A DNA stretch of 64,000 nt from an uncultured Candidatus Saccharibacteria bacterium (GTDB lineage: Bacteria; Patescibacteriota; Minisyncoccia; 2-02-FULL-40-12; GWA2-44-9), in the NCBI GenBank assembly GCA_964491455.1, contig CAZBFM010000001.1:564903-628902 (forward strand), written 5' to 3'. Positions 46,537 to 57,578 of the stretch are shown piece by piece (within the stretch, counting starts at the first letter, position 1; each line of letters starts with the position of its first letter). Under the pieces are notes generated by a model that saw only the letters and a list, made by a program, of their open reading frames with translations, searched no databases and had not been told where the DNA came from. The translations under genes were made by a program, and so were the position numbers.

Positions 46537-46973
46537 AGGATGAAATTGATTGCGATCAATACGGTAAAGACGAAAGCCTCATATCGCGAGAAAAATCCAA
46601 CGGGTCCTCGGATGTTCACTGCTTGAAAGGGGTAGAATGGCCAATAGTCGGCAGAATCGAGTGCGTCGAGTAGGAGGTGTCCCAGATGAGAGAATGATAT
46701 AGTGGCGGCGTAGAGGGGAGCGAAAAGCAACGAAAATGCCATGATCAGCGAGAGAGTGAATACAGAATGTAGGTGTCCGCGTTGTCCGCTATACGGATCC
46801 TCGGTCTGGGTAATGGTTTTCCAAAACAATCTAGGATCTTTGAGGACTCCGTGGTGATAGTAAACTCCAAGATGATCGACGTCGATAAGCGCGGATGCCA
46901 CAAGTGCAAGGATGGGTTGGCCAGTGATGGCACCAATTATGCCACCGAGTGCAAGGTGAGTCGGGAGGGTCAT
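46527..46973 (-). CDS. membrane-bound metal-dependent hydrolase-like protein (YdjM/DUF457-like?)
   Basis: 148-aa polytopic membrane protein with His-rich motifs (DVDHLGVYYHHG, HLGHLLLD). Confidence 0.4.
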   Translation of the reverse strand: MTLPTHLALGGIIGAITGQPILALVASALIDVDHLGVYYHHGVLKDPRLFWKTITQTEDPYSGQRGHLHSVFTLSLIMAFSLLFAPLYAATISFSHLGHLLLDALDSADYWPFYPFQAVNIRGPVGFFSRYEAFVFTVLIAINFILWL

Positions 46974-46982
46974 GTTTGAGGG

Positions 46983-47056
46983 TGGGCGCTGAGGGATTCG
47001 AACCCCCGACCTACTCGGTGTAAACGAGTCGCTCTAACCAACTGAGCTAAGCGCCC
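46983..47056 (-). tRNA. tRNA-Val (anticodon TAC)
   Basis: Anticodon loop TTTACAC, A73. Confidence 0.75.
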
Positions 47057-47151
47057 TTTTCGGACACAGGATTATGCTACTTTTTGAGAGATTTAGCAAG
47101 CAATAATAAAACCGAGGATGGAGCCTCGGTTGCACATGCGCTATTTAGTGG

Positions 47152-47457
47152 CTATTTGAAAGCAGCGAAGTAGCCAGCGATTTCCTTGCGAAAATCAGGA
47201 TGGCACAACTGCAGGATGAGGTCCTCGGGCACGCCTATGTCCAGAGCATCAAACGCGGTGTTGAAAACCACATTTACGCGTTCTTCGATGACCGCGACGT
47301 TGAAGGCGGAGATGTGGCCGTCGACCAGAAGTGCGTACCTCTCCGAGGCCGCTTCGAGCGCGGCTACTGCCTTTTTTTGAGGCTCATTGAGGGATTCAAT
47401 GAGGAGTTGAGCCTGGTACCGATCTGGATTGAGCAATCGAAGAAAGAACCTGCCCAT
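47152..47457 (-). CDS. hypothetical protein (start trimmed to clear tRNA-Ile)
   Basis: Internal Met chosen (MGRFFLRLLNPDRY...). The ORF to 47613 overlaps the tRNA. A plus-strand alternative ORF at 47200..47469 is equally unsupported. Confidence 0.3.
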   Translation of the reverse strand: MGRFFLRLLNPDRYQAQLLIESLNEPQKKAVAALEAASERYALLVDGHISAFNVAVIEERVNVVFNTAFDALDIGVPEDLILQLCHPDFRKEIAGYFAAFK

Positions 47458-47579
47458 ACGATCGAGTAGCTTCACGAGACCTCCTTGGTAAATGACTAAA
47501 AATATAATAACAGCAAATATTATATGAGTCAAATCACGCACACAAGTCCGACACCGGGGAGGTATCGGACTTGTTATGG

Positions 47580-47653
47580 TGGGCCCGCCTGGACTCGAAC
47601 CAGGGACATCCAAGGTATAAGCTTGGCGCTCTAACCAGCTGAGCTACGGGCCC
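47580..47653 (-). tRNA. tRNA-Ile (anticodon TAT)
   Basis: Anticodon stem CCAAG/CTTGG with loop CTTATAC, A73, and standard D and T arms. Confidence 0.65.
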
Positions 47654-47660
47654 AAGGAGC

Positions 47661-49517
47661 CTACGCCTTCACGGGAGATGGTTCTCCTATGAGGGCATAG
47701 AATTCATCCTGTTCTATCGTCTCTTTTTCGATGAGATGAGCCGCTATCTTTTTGAGCTGCTCCATCTTACTGGTGATAATACCACGAGCGGTTTCGATTG
47801 CACTCTGCACGAGCGCAAGTACTTCTGCATCGATGAGCTGGGCAACGTGCTCACTATAGTTGCGTTCGTGCATGAGCTCTCGACCCAAAAAGATGGATTC
47901 GTGTGTTTCGCCGTACGAGAGTGGGCCGAGCTTTTCGGACATGCCGTATTGCGTCACCATGCGACGAGCAAGATCAGACGCCACGCGAAGGTCGTTGGAC
48001 GCGCCCGTGGTCAGCTCATTGAAGATGATTTGTTCAGATGCGTAGCCGCTCAACAGCACTGCAAGCTCTGCTTGGAATTCTGATTTGGTTTTGAGGTATT
48101 TATCCTGACTCGGGAGCTTGAGTGTGTAGCCACCTGCGCGACCACGAGAGATAATGCTGACCTTGTGGACGGGGTCTGAGTAGGGGAGTGATGCCGCTAC
48201 AATAGCGTGTCCGGCTTCGTGGTATGCCGTTACTTCTTTTTCCTTTTTGGATAGGACGTGCGAACGACGCTCAGGCCCGAGCATGACCTTCTCGATGGAT
48301 TCAACAAGATTTTCCTGGGAGACATCATCACGGCCTTTGCGTGCCGCTAAGATAGCTGCCTCATTGACGAGGTTGGCGAGGTCGGCACCGGAAAAGCCGG
48401 GTGTTCGCTCTGCAATGACGCGCATATTGATATCGGGAGCCATGGGCTTACCCTTGGAATGAATCGTGAGCACAGCGATGCGGTCTTCGAGGGAGGGCTC
48501 ATCGAGGATGATGCGTCGATCGAAGCGGCCAGGACGCAAGAGCGCTGGATCAAGAATATCGGGGCGGTTGGTCGCTGCCATAATGATGACGGCATCATCG
48601 GTGTCAAAGCCATCCATCTCAACGAGAATTTGGTTGAGTGTTTGCTCACGTTCATCATTGCCGCCACCAATGCCGGCGCCTCGCTGTCGGCCAACGGCAT
48701 CGATTTCATCTACGAATACAATCGCTGGCGCTACGCGCTTGGCCGTCTCGAATGTATCTCGAACGCGATTGGCGCCCACTCCCACAAACATCTCCACAAA
48801 CTCAGAACCGGATACATAGAAGAAGGGTACGCTAGCTTCATTGGCAACCGCTTTTGCGAGGAGTGTCTTTCCGGTACCAGGGGAGCCAACAAGGAGTACG
48901 CCGCGAGGAATGCGAGCGCCAAGACGATGAAACTTCTTTGGGTCTTTGAGGAATTCGACGATTTCAGTTACTTCTTCTTTCGCCTCGATCAAGCCAGCGA
49001 CGTCTTTGAAGGTAATATCCTTGTCGGACGCATTCATGCCGGCGAGCTTGGCGCGGGTTTTCCCAAAGGAGAACGCCTGTGACGATCCTTGTTTTGCCTG
49101 GCGATAGGTGAACCAAAAGAGCCCAACGATAAGGATGATGGGGAGGAGTATGGGGAGGTAATTGGCGAGAAAGACGCCTAGTCCTGTGGGGTCTTTTACT
49201 TCTACTTTCACTGCGGTGAGTTTTTCTTTGACAACGCCAGCGTTGACGAGGGTCTCAAAGATGGAGATTGAAAGTTCTTTTTGAGCGGAAAACTTTGTAT
49301 CGTCCGTTGCGGTGATTGCAATCTGATCTCCGCGCACCGTGATGTCTTTGATGGTGCCCGAGTTTACTTTTGAAACTAATTCACTGATAGCAATGGGTGT
49401 GACGGGTGTGACGGGCTGTGCAAACAACGACGCTGCAAACGCGAGGCTGATGAGGATTGCGAAAACGATGCCAATGGAGCGGATGATTTGTCTCATATGT
49501 GGAGGGTATCCTACCAT
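47661..49517 (-). CDS. ftsH: ATP-dependent zinc metalloprotease FtsH
   Basis: AAA+ Walker [16 protein letters not shown], an SRH region, and the HEAGHA zinc site. Confidence 0.95.
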   Translation of the reverse strand: MVGYPPHMRQIIRSIGIVFAILISLAFAASLFAQPVTPVTPIAISELVSKVNSGTIKDITVRGDQIAITATDDTKFSAQKELSISIFETLVNAGVVKEKLTAVKVEVKDPTGLGVFLANYLPILLPIILIVGLFWFTYRQAKQGSSQAFSFGKTRAKLAGMNASDKDITFKDVAGLIEAKEEVTEIVEFLKDPKKFHRLGARIPRGVLLVGSPGTGKTLLAKAVANEASVPFFYVSGSEFVEMFVGVGANRVRDTFETAKRVAPAIVFVDEIDAVGRQRGAGIGGGNDEREQTLNQILVEMDGFDTDDAVIIMAATNRPDILDPALLRPGRFDRRIILDEPSLEDRIAVLTIHSKGKPMAPDINMRVIAERTPGFSGADLANLVNEAAILAARKGRDDVSQENLVESIEKVMLGPERRSHVLSKKEKEVTAYHEAGHAIVAASLPYSDPVHKVSIISRGRAGGYTLKLPSQDKYLKTKSEFQAELAVLLSGYASEQIIFNELTTGASNDLRVASDLARRMVTQYGMSEKLGPLSYGETHESIFLGRELMHERNYSEHVAQLIDAEVLALVQSAIETARGIITSKMEQLKKIAAHLIEKETIEQDEFYALIGEPSPVKA

Positions 49518-49628
49518 GGAAACGATGCAACGGCAATCGGTTAAAAATTGACAAAATGATAATATATTAGTATGGTAGTGGCGATTTCTAGTCGTTTAAC
49601 AACGAAAAGACGAACGAAGGAGTACGGC

Positions 49629-50900
49629 ATGTCAGACGTCACATTTACATCGTGGGGCAGTGCAAATAGCATTGGCCCGAGTTGTCATGTGCTCAATTTT
49701 GGCGGATATCGTGTCGGTATCGATTACGGAGCTGGTCTGCGTCCGCACGATAGTGAGCCAGCATTCGAAGGCGAGCTGGATGCGCTACTACTGACGCATG
49801 GTCATCGTGATCACGTTGGTATGGTTCCGCGCGCTATCGCTCGCTGGCCCAAGATGTTGTGTTGGGCAACGAAGGAAACGCGCGAGCTTGCGCTTTGGAT
49901 TTGGGAAGATGGGATGAAGATCGAAACCCGTGAACAGCGGGCGCATCTCTTCTCTGCTGATGATATCCAGCGCGCATTCAATCGAACGCAGAAGATGATT
50001 CCCGGAACTCCATTGCGACTCACCAAGGAGCTTACGGTTACCCCGTTTTCCGCGGGGCACATCCTGGGAGCGGTTGGACTAATCTTCTCGTATCGCGGCG
50101 AGCAGTATATCGCGACGGGAGATATCGGCCTGAAGGATCACGGATTCATCTCACGGGCAGTGCTGCCAAAGTTTGAGCGGACACGCCTGCTGATCACCGA
50201 ATCTACGTATGCTGGCATTCGCACCACTAAGTCACGTCAGCAGATTGAGCACGAGTTTCTCAAGGCTGTCTGGTCAGTGATGGATGACGGTGGGCGGGTG
50301 CTTATTCCTACACTGGCAATCGATCGCATGCAGGAGATGTATCAGATTCTCCATGAAGCGGGCATCGATAAGAAGTGGGATTTGTGGGTCGTTGGTGGTG
50401 CCACGCCGACGGAAATCTATCGTCGGTACGCGCCTGATACTAAGCTTCTTACTACAATGCAGCGTTTCCGTGATATGCACCATCAGTTTCGTGTTCAGAA
50501 ATCGGAAAAGCCAGTCATTGTGCTGGCAAGCTCGGGAATGCTCGTCGAAGACACGCCTTCGTATGCGTGGGCGACGACACTGCTCCATGAGCCGGGAAGC
50601 GCGATCTTCATGGTCAACTGGCAGGATCCCTGTGAATTCGGAGGAAGGATCCTCGCGACTGGGCAGGGTTGCTTGGTTGAGGCGGCCGATGGCTACATCG
50701 CCAAGCGCTGCCGTGTTGAGCGATTTGATTTCTCGACGCACGCGAAGCAGGATGAGCTCGATGAGATTGTTCGAAGACTCAACCCTGATCGCATCATTCA
50801 CGTGCACGGTGAGAACGAACGCATCGATGAGTTCCTTTCGACGGCGCCCGATGCGTCTCGTCGAATCAAGGCGCTCGTAGGCGTAGAGATCCCCGTCTAA
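49629..50900 (+). CDS. MBL-fold beta-CASP family ribonuclease (RNase J/CPSF-like, putative)
   Basis: HGHRDHVG metallo-beta-lactamase motif and beta-CASP-like motifs downstream. Start at 49629 with SD AAGGAG 6 nt upstream. Confidence 0.7.
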   Translation: MSDVTFTSWGSANSIGPSCHVLNFGGYRVGIDYGAGLRPHDSEPAFEGELDALLLTHGHRDHVGMVPRAIARWPKMLCWATKETRELALWIWEDGMKIETREQRAHLFSADDIQRAFNRTQKMIPGTPLRLTKELTVTPFSAGHILGAVGLIFSYRGEQYIATGDIGLKDHGFISRAVLPKFERTRLLITESTYAGIRTTKSRQQIEHEFLKAVWSVMDDGGRVLIPTLAIDRMQEMYQILHEAGIDKKWDLWVVGGATPTEIYRRYAPDTKLLTTMQRFRDMHHQFRVQKSEKPVIVLASSGMLVEDTPSYAWATTLLHEPGSAIFMVNWQDPCEFGGRILATGQGCLVEAADGYIAKRCRVERFDFSTHAKQDELDEIVRRLNPDRIIHVHGENERIDEFLSTAPDASRRIKALVGVEIPV

Positions 50901-50904
50901 CGCA

Positions 50905-50932
50905 ACACCCCCGCTTGAGCGGGGGTGTTTTT
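50905..50932 (+). terminator. intrinsic terminator
   Basis: ACACCCCCGC-ttga-GCGGGGGTGT followed by TTTT. Confidence 0.75.
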
Positions 50933-50950
50933 GTGTGTCGCTGTCGCTTG

Positions 50951-52030
50951 TTAGGCGGCGGCTTGCTCGAGTGTCAAGATGAGCTTGTGGTCCTTGGAGT
51001 CGATGTTCACAATGGCGCAGTCATATTCTTTGCCAATCGTGACTACATCGGTTGCAACGCGTCCACCAAATTCTGTCGTTGGAAGAAGTCCAACAATATC
51101 TTCATTGAGCTTCACGAACGCGCCGTTGCTTCGAATCTTGATGACGGTGCCACGTACCTTCTGGCCGACTTTGAAGGCCTCATCAACGGTGAGCCATGGG
51201 TCGGGACGGAGCGCTTTGAGCGAGAGAGCTACGCGACCACCATCGAGACTGATAATTTTTGCTTTAACGCTTTCACCGCTGTGGAGAATCTGACGAGGGT
51301 CTTCGACGAACTTCCAATCGATTTCGCTGGAGTGAATGAGACCATCGAGGTTGTCCGTGAGGCGAACGAATGCACCGAAATCAGTGACTTCTGTGATGAC
51401 ACCTTCAACGGTATCGCCAAGTGCGAGCTTCGTGATTTCGCCTTTCGCCGCTTCCTCTTGGATGGCTCGCTCGGAGACGATGAGCTTATTCTCTTGCTCG
51501 CTGTAATCGAGGATCTTCACCTTGAATGGCTGACCTTTGAATTTTTGGAGAGCCTGTACGATTTTGGTTGTGTCGCCACCCTCTACCTTCGGGTAGTGCT
51601 CGCTGGAGAGCTGGGAGAGCGGTAAGAAGCCTTGGACACCTTCTACTTGAACAATGAGTCCACCTTTGTTGATGTTGCTGATGATGGTGGTCATAACGGT
51701 CCCTGCATCACGAAGTTCTTTGATACGCTGCCAGGAAGTCGTTAATTGAGCGGCTTTGAGTGAAAGCTCACGATAGCCATTCTCGTTTTCGAGCTCTAAG
51801 AGCACAGCAGATACTTCTTCGCCTGGCTTGAGGGCCTTGATTCGATCTGGATTATCATAAAACTGACCTGGGTACACGATACCGATACCTGCTGTCCCCA
51901 AATCGATGGTGACGCTGGATTTTGAAGCGCTAATCACTTTACCTGAGAGGATCTGACCTGCTCGGGGAAGCTGGAATTCCTCTTTTGCGAGAAGATCCTT
52001 CATTGTCTTGCCTGATGCTGATGTTGCCAT
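50951..52030 (-). CDS. rpsA: 30S ribosomal protein S1 (four S1 domains)
   Basis: Repeated S1-domain pattern (G..v.G.V..i...GafV.L.....Gl.h.se). Confidence 0.8.
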   Translation of the reverse strand: MATSASGKTMKDLLAKEEFQLPRAGQILSGKVISASKSSVTIDLGTAGIGIVYPGQFYDNPDRIKALKPGEEVSAVLLELENENGYRELSLKAAQLTTSWQRIKELRDAGTVMTTIISNINKGGLIVQVEGVQGFLPLSQLSSEHYPKVEGGDTTKIVQALQKFKGQPFKVKILDYSEQENKLIVSERAIQEEAAKGEITKLALGDTVEGVITEVTDFGAFVRLTDNLDGLIHSSEIDWKFVEDPRQILHSGESVKAKIISLDGGRVALSLKALRPDPWLTVDEAFKVGQKVRGTVIKIRSNGAFVKLNEDIVGLLPTTEFGGRVATDVVTIGKEYDCAIVNIDSKDHKLILTLEQAAA

Positions 52031-52151
52031 AATAAAAATATATCTCTCCGTCGCGGCTTAGACGACTCTCGAGACTGGGGCACAATATACATGATAAATT
52101 AGGTTTTTGCAAGAGTTGAATAATGCTCCGAATGCTGGTACGATATGGGCA

Positions 52152-52790
52152 ATGAATATCTCCTGGTACGGACATCGTTGTATTCGCATTGAAGCAAAAG
52201 AGGGCACCGTTCTTGTCGATCCATTTGATCCGAAGGTTGTCGGTATGCGCGGCCCTACTATCAAGGATGATCTCGTTTTATTGAGTGATGGCGCGCCCGA
52301 CCAAGAGGTCCTCGAGCGTATCAATGACGAGGCATTTATCATTCGCGGTGCGGGAGAATACGAGCGCCGCGGCATTGCCGTGCGTGGGATTCAGGCATAT
52401 GCAGATTCTCAAGAAGGGCGTGAGTTGGGGCTGGCTACTATCTATACTATTATCGCAGAGGAGGTTTCCGTGTGCCATCTTGGCGCCTGTGGGCAGGGGA
52501 AATTAACACCCGAGCAGCTCGAGGTTATTGGCGATCCCGATATTCTCATTATCCCTGTTGGTGGGCAGAGTGCGTTGGATGCAAAAGTTGCAGCCGAGTT
52601 TGCATCGCAGATAGAGCCCAAGATTATTATTCCTATACAATTTGCAGTTGATGGCGCAAAATACGAGGCTGATTCCGTGGAGAAGTTCGTGAAGGAAGTC
52701 GGTCTCACTCCGCAATATGTTGACTCATTCCGCGTCGCAAAGAAGCAACTTCCGACCGATCAGACGCAACTCATTATCATTAACGCGTAA
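52152..52790 (+). CDS. UPF0173-type MBL-fold metal-dependent hydrolase
   Basis: N-terminus MNISWYGHRCIRIE is typical for this family. Start 52152 chosen over the upstream TTG. Confidence 0.65.
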   Translation: MNISWYGHRCIRIEAKEGTVLVDPFDPKVVGMRGPTIKDDLVLLSDGAPDQEVLERINDEAFIIRGAGEYERRGIAVRGIQAYADSQEGRELGLATIYTIIAEEVSVCHLGACGQGKLTPEQLEVIGDPDILIIPVGGQSALDAKVAAEFASQIEPKIIIPIQFAVDGAKYEADSVEKFVKEVGLTPQYVDSFRVAKKQLPTDQTQLIIINA

Positions 52791-52795
52791 GGAGG

Positions 52796-53140
52796 ATGTC
52801 GATTATTCACGAGATTCACCAGCAGCATCCTACGGTTCGTCGAGCGCTTTTTTTGTTGTCGCTCGTCATCTCGGTATCTGCGGTTGGATTTTTCACCGCG
52901 TCATCCGTGCAGCAGGCGATCTATTTTGGTATGCACTCTGATCCCGCAGAGCAAGAAGCATTTCTTGCTGCGCGAGAAGCGGGGAGGCCGCAGCCGCTCG
53001 CCGCGATATCAAAAGCTACGGGTTCATTGATCGCCAGCATTGGCTCGCTTATTGGATGGGATACCAATGCCGGCTTTGACAGCAACGAGAAGTCAAGCAA
53101 TACTCAAGGCGGCGTATATCTGCTTCCGTTGTCGGAGTAG
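52796..53140 (+). CDS. small membrane protein, hypothetical
   Basis: 114 aa with one N-terminal TM. Confidence 0.4.
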   Translation: MSIIHEIHQQHPTVRRALFLLSLVISVSAVGFFTASSVQQAIYFGMHSDPAEQEAFLAAREAGRPQPLAAISKATGSLIASIGSLIGWDTNAGFDSNEKSSNTQGGVYLLPLSE

Positions 53141-53154
53141 TCTTTTTTCATTTT

Positions 53155-55626
53155 ATGGTCAAAAAAGTTACACAACCAACCGTCCCCGCTGTTGTACAGC
53201 AAACTCCCATTCGAGAAATTACGACGGAGATTCAAAAATCATATCTCGAGTATGCGATGTCGGTCATCGTTGCGCGTGCTCTTCCTGATGTTCGTGACGG
53301 ATTAAAGCCGGTGCACCGGCGTATTCTGTGGGGCATGTGGGAGTCGGGCAATACTGCAGGTGCAAAACTTAAGAAGTCTGCTAGTACCGTCGGAGATGTC
53401 ATGGGTAGGTATCATCCGCATGGAGACGCAGCTATCTATGATTCCTTGGTGCGTATGGCACAGGATTTTTCGTTGCGATATCCATTAGTGCAAGGGCAAG
53501 GAAACTTTGGCTCTATCGATGGAGATGGTGCGGCTGCTATGCGTTACACCGAGGCTCGTTTGGCGCGCATTAGCGACGAGATGCTCGGCGATATCGAAAA
53601 GGACACCGTGGACTTTAGACCGAACTACGACGGATCACGAAAAGAGCCGTCCGTGCTTCCTGCGAAGATTCCAAACCTTCTTATTAATGGATCGATGGGT
53701 ATTGCCGTTGGTATGGCGACCAACATTCCTCCACATAATCTCTCGGAGGTGCTCGATGGACTCGTTCACTTGATAGAGCATCCCGAGTCGGACGTGAAAG
53801 AGTTGATGAATTTTATCAAAGGACCTGATTTTCCGACCGGAGGCTCCATCTACAACGAAAAAGATATTCTCAACGCTTACGCCACTGGTCGTGGTCCCGT
53901 TATATCTCGAGGTACCGCAGAGATCACGGAAGGAAAGCGAGGCCAGCAGATTATTATCACTGAAATTCCGTATCAGGTTATCAAGTCGGATCTTATTATT
54001 AAGATCGCCGATCTCGTCAAAGAGAAGCGACTTGAGGGGATCCGCGATATTCGCGACGAGTCGGATAGGCAGGGAATGCGCGTTGTGATCGAGCTTAAGC
54101 AGGACGCTTTCCCAAAGAAGGTGCTCAACTCGCTCTATAAATGGACCGAGCTTCAAAAGACGTTTCACTTCAATATGCTAGCGCTGTCTGATGGTATTCA
54201 GCCGCAGACCATGGGCCTCAAGGTGATACTTGAGAAGTTCATTGAGCATCGACAGATTGTGGTGCGACGACGAAGTGCGTATGAGCTTGCACGGGCGTTG
54301 GAGCGCGCGCATATCTTGGAGGGCCTCAAGAAGGCGCTCGACCATATCGATGAGATTATTAAGGTCATCAAGCAGTCGCCGACACGTGAAGAGGCGTTTG
54401 TGAATTTGATGAAGCGATTCAAGTTTTCTGATCGCCAAGCTAATGCGATTTTGGAAATGCGATTGCAGTCACTCGCCGGTCTTGAGCGCAAGAAGATCGA
54501 AGACGAACTCAAGGCAAAGCGCTTGATCATTGCGGAACTTGAAGAGCTTCTCAAGTCGGTCAAAAAACTCTCAGGCGTTGTGAAGCAGGAATTTCTTGAG
54601 ATGCGACAGAAGTATGGCGATGAGCGTCGAACGCGAGTTATTAAGAGCGCACTGCGAGAGATTGGCGATGAAGAGCTTGTACCAGAAGAAGACGCCCTCT
54701 TTATGATTACTCTGGGCGGCTACATCAAGCGTCTTCCACCGGATGAGTTGCGCGCACAGAAGCGGGGTGGAAAGGGAGTCGGTGGTATCGCCACCAAGGA
54801 GGAGGATATTGTGAGTCATTTCTTCCTTGCGAATACACACGACAATATCCTATTCTTTACCAATTCTGGAAAGGTATTTCAGATACTGGGATATGAAGTT
54901 CCTGAAGCGAGTCGCCAAAGCAAGGGGCGCGCCATTACGAATTTCTTGCAAGTCACCACTGCGGATTCAATTACCGCAGTAGTTCCGCTTTCGAAGGCAA
55001 AAGAGCAGAAGCAAAAGAGCCAATTCCTGTTTATGGCGACTACGAATGGCATTATTAAGAAGGTTGCCATGGACTCATTCGATAACGTGCGACGAAATGG
55101 CATTCTCGCTATTAATCTTAAGGGCGATGACAAGCTTGGATGGGTGTTGCCAACCTCGGGAACTGATCAGGTTATTATGACAACAGCCACGGGATCAGCA
55201 ATTCGTTTTGCCGAAAAAGATGTGCGTCCTATGGGTCGGTCTGCGGCGGGCGTGCTTGGTATGCGCCTCGAGAAAGACGACAAGCTTGTCGGAGCTGACG
55301 TGGTTCCATCGAATGCAGATAAGGGATTGAGCTTGATGGCGGTTATGGCAAATGGTTATGGAAAGCGGACTGGGTTGAAGGAGTATAAGGTGCAACACCG
55401 AGGAGGCGTAGGGATACTAACCGCAAATATTACATCGAAAACAGGGAAGCTCGTCTCGGCCCATGTTACAAGCGAGGAGAACGAAGAGTTTGTAGCGGTA
55501 TCAAAAAAGGGACAAGTCATTCGCACGGCTATCACAGAAGTTCCCATGTTGGGGCGCGCTACTCAGGGTGTGCGTATCATGCGCTTGGACGGACAAGATG
55601 AGGTTGCATCGGTTGTGCTCTTCTAG
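53155..55626 (+). CDS. gyrA: DNA gyrase subunit A
   Basis: Active-site region [10 protein letters not shown] and the C-terminal beta-pinwheel repeats. Confidence 0.95.
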   Translation: MVKKVTQPTVPAVVQQTPIREITTEIQKSYLEYAMSVIVARALPDVRDGLKPVHRRILWGMWESGNTAGAKLKKSASTVGDVMGRYHPHGDAAIYDSLVRMAQDFSLRYPLVQGQGNFGSIDGDGAAAMRYTEARLARISDEMLGDIEKDTVDFRPNYDGSRKEPSVLPAKIPNLLINGSMGIAVGMATNIPPHNLSEVLDGLVHLIEHPESDVKELMNFIKGPDFPTGGSIYNEKDILNAYATGRGPVISRGTAEITEGKRGQQIIITEIPYQVIKSDLIIKIADLVKEKRLEGIRDIRDESDRQGMRVVIELKQDAFPKKVLNSLYKWTELQKTFHFNMLALSDGIQPQTMGLKVILEKFIEHRQIVVRRRSAYELARALERAHILEGLKKALDHIDEIIKVIKQSPTREEAFVNLMKRFKFSDRQANAILEMRLQSLAGLERKKIEDELKAKRLIIAELEELLKSVKKLSGVVKQEFLEMRQKYGDERRTRVIKSALREIGDEELVPEEDALFMITLGGYIKRLPPDELRAQKRGGKGVGGIATKEEDIVSHFFLANTHDNILFFTNSGKVFQILGYEVPEASRQSKGRAITNFLQVTTADSITAVVPLSKAKEQKQKSQFLFMATTNGIIKKVAMDSFDNVRRNGILAINLKGDDKLGWVLPTSGTDQVIMTTATGSAIRFAEKDVRPMGRSAAGVLGMRLEKDDKLVGADVVPSNADKGLSLMAVMANGYGKRTGLKEYKVQHRGGVGILTANITSKTGKLVSAHVTSEENEEFVAVSKKGQVIRTAITEVPMLGRATQGVRIMRLDGQDEVASVVLF

Positions 55627-55687
55627 CTACTAATTTATACACACAACGCCCCGAATGAACGGGGCGTTGTGGTACCATAGAGTGTAT

Positions 55688-56236
55688 ATGGTTCAATCTC
55701 TCACTTCGGGTGCAGTTTTTGATACGCAGCGTGTCGTATCAATGATTGGAATAACATCCGGAAGTAAAGCTACTGATCTAGGATGCGGCTCAGGATACGT
55801 AACCATCGCGCTAGCACGAGCGGTGGGGCCTCAGGGTTTGGTGACCGCAGTGGACGTAATGGAGGAGCCCCTGCAGGCCGTTCGCACCAAGGCGGAAGCG
55901 GGTGGGTTCAAGAATGTTATCGCAGTACGTGCGAATCTCGAAGTGTACGGTAATACCAAACTCGCAGATGCAAGTCAGGACTACTCTGTATTGGCAAATG
56001 TCTTGTTTCAGTCAACTCAAAAAGATCATATTCTCGCTGAGGCGGTTCGTATTTTGAAGCCCGGAGGCACCCTCGCAATCATTGACTGGAAGAAAGGGAA
56101 GCCTGGGTTCGGTCCTCCTGATGCGTTGCGATCCGACGAGGAGACTCTCAAGACGCTCGGTGTTGCCGCTGGCGCTCACTTTGAGCGCACTATTGATGTG
56201 GGCGAGTATTACATTGGCCTCTTATTTAAGAAATAG
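55688..56236 (+). CDS. class I SAM-dependent methyltransferase
   Basis: Motif I DLGCGSGYVTIALA. The start is placed after the gyrA 3' hairpin at 55643-55670. Confidence 0.7.
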   Translation: MVQSLTSGAVFDTQRVVSMIGITSGSKATDLGCGSGYVTIALARAVGPQGLVTAVDVMEEPLQAVRTKAEAGGFKNVIAVRANLEVYGNTKLADASQDYSVLANVLFQSTQKDHILAEAVRILKPGGTLAIIDWKKGKPGFGPPDALRSDEETLKTLGVAAGAHFERTIDVGEYYIGLLFKK

Positions 56237-56240
56237 TCTC

Positions 56241-57569
56241 ATGAATATTACATCTATCCTTACCGACTCACGAAAGCTCACCTATATACTGGGCGCCTCG
56301 ATCGCGCTCTTGGTTTTTTTGGCGTTTTTATTCGTGCTCTCTAATTCCCTTGGTAATAGCACGGCCATATCTGCTGACCTCGTAGTGTGGGGGGTGTTTG
56401 ATGATGCCGCAGCTTTTCAAGAGTCTATCAGCGCATTTGAGGGTGCCAATAAGGGTATTAAAGTTTCGTACAAAATGTTTAAGCCGCAAGAGTATGAGCA
56501 GGCGGTGCTCAACGCGCTCGCAGCTGGAACGGGTCCAGATGTCTGGATGATTCATCATACGTGGCTTCCTAAGCACGCGGACAAACTCATCTCGATGCCG
56601 GCGGTTGCACCGGGACAAAAGGGGCCACTGATGACGCTGCGACAGTATCAGGATTTGTTTGTAGATGTTGCGCAGCAAGATCTCGTTGTTGACGGCAAGA
56701 TTTACGGGATGCCGCTGTACGTCGATACGCTTGCGCTCTACTACAACAAGGATATATTTGCGTCTTCGGGTATCGCTCAACCACCTGCGACATGGGCGAC
56801 CTTTTTGGACGACGTAAAAAAGATCACAACCTATGATGACAGCAGGAACATCACACGATCCGCGGTAGCCCTGGGAACAGCCCGCAATATTAATCGCGCA
56901 ACCGATATATTGATGATGCTTATGTTGCAATCTGGCGTGCGCATGACTGATGCTGACAATGCACAGGCTTCATTTGCTCGAGCCGTCGACGGTACTCCCG
57001 TGGGAGAAAACACGCTACAATTCTTTACTGATTTCGCAAATCCTCAGCGAGTATCATACACGTGGAACGATTCGATGGATTACTCGTTTGATGCTTTTAT
57101 TGCGGGCACAACAGCGATGATGATCAACTACGAGCACCAAATCCCGGCGCTGCGAAAGGCAGCCCCACGACTTCATTGGGCTGTTGCGCCTGTGCCTCAA
57201 GCATCGCTTGCTGATGTCCGTACCTATGCAAACTATTGGCCACTTGTTGTTTCGGCAAAAACAAAGTCTCCGGATGCTGCATGGAGCTTTGTGCATTACA
57301 TGACGGCCGGGGATGGCGCGATTGCGTATTTGAATGCATCAGGACGGCCTGCGGCTCGCAAGGATCTCATCGAACAGCAGAAGTCGGATCCCGATCGAGG
57401 GGTGTTTGCTGAGCAGGCATTATCTGCGCGATCGTGGTATCAGGTTGACTCGGCAGCGATAGAAACAATTTTTGCCGAGATGATTGACGGTGTAAATCTT
57501 GGAAAACAAACAATATCACAGGCATTGAAGGCCGCAGATGCGCGCGTGTCTGTGTTGATGTCGCGCTAA
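56241..57569 (+). CDS. ABC transporter extracellular solute-binding protein (family 1, sugar-type)
   Basis: N-terminal TM or signal and the family-1 fold. No permease or ATPase is adjacent. Confidence 0.7.
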   Translation: MNITSILTDSRKLTYILGASIALLVFLAFLFVLSNSLGNSTAISADLVVWGVFDDAAAFQESISAFEGANKGIKVSYKMFKPQEYEQAVLNALAAGTGPDVWMIHHTWLPKHADKLISMPAVAPGQKGPLMTLRQYQDLFVDVAQQDLVVDGKIYGMPLYVDTLALYYNKDIFASSGIAQPPATWATFLDDVKKITTYDDSRNITRSAVALGTARNINRATDILMMLMLQSGVRMTDADNAQASFARAVDGTPVGENTLQFFTDFANPQRVSYTWNDSMDYSFDAFIAGTTAMMINYEHQIPALRKAAPRLHWAVAPVPQASLADVRTYANYWPLVVSAKTKSPDAAWSFVHYMTAGDGAIAYLNASGRPAARKDLIEQQKSDPDRGVFAEQALSARSWYQVDSAAIETIFAEMIDGVNLGKQTISQALKAADARVSVLMSR

Positions 57570-57578
57570 CGGTACCCC

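Noticed and set aside
47200-47469. 89-aa plus-strand ORF
   Set aside because: It overlaps the equally weak minus-strand candidate. Neither has motifs. The minus-strand one was listed only because all neighbouring genes are on that strand.
55643-55670. Hairpin ACAACGCCCCG-aatgaa-CGGGGCGTTGT after gyrA as an intrinsic terminator
   Set aside because: Strong stem but no downstream U-tract. It may be a stabilising 3' hairpin rather than a terminator, so it is not listed as a feature.
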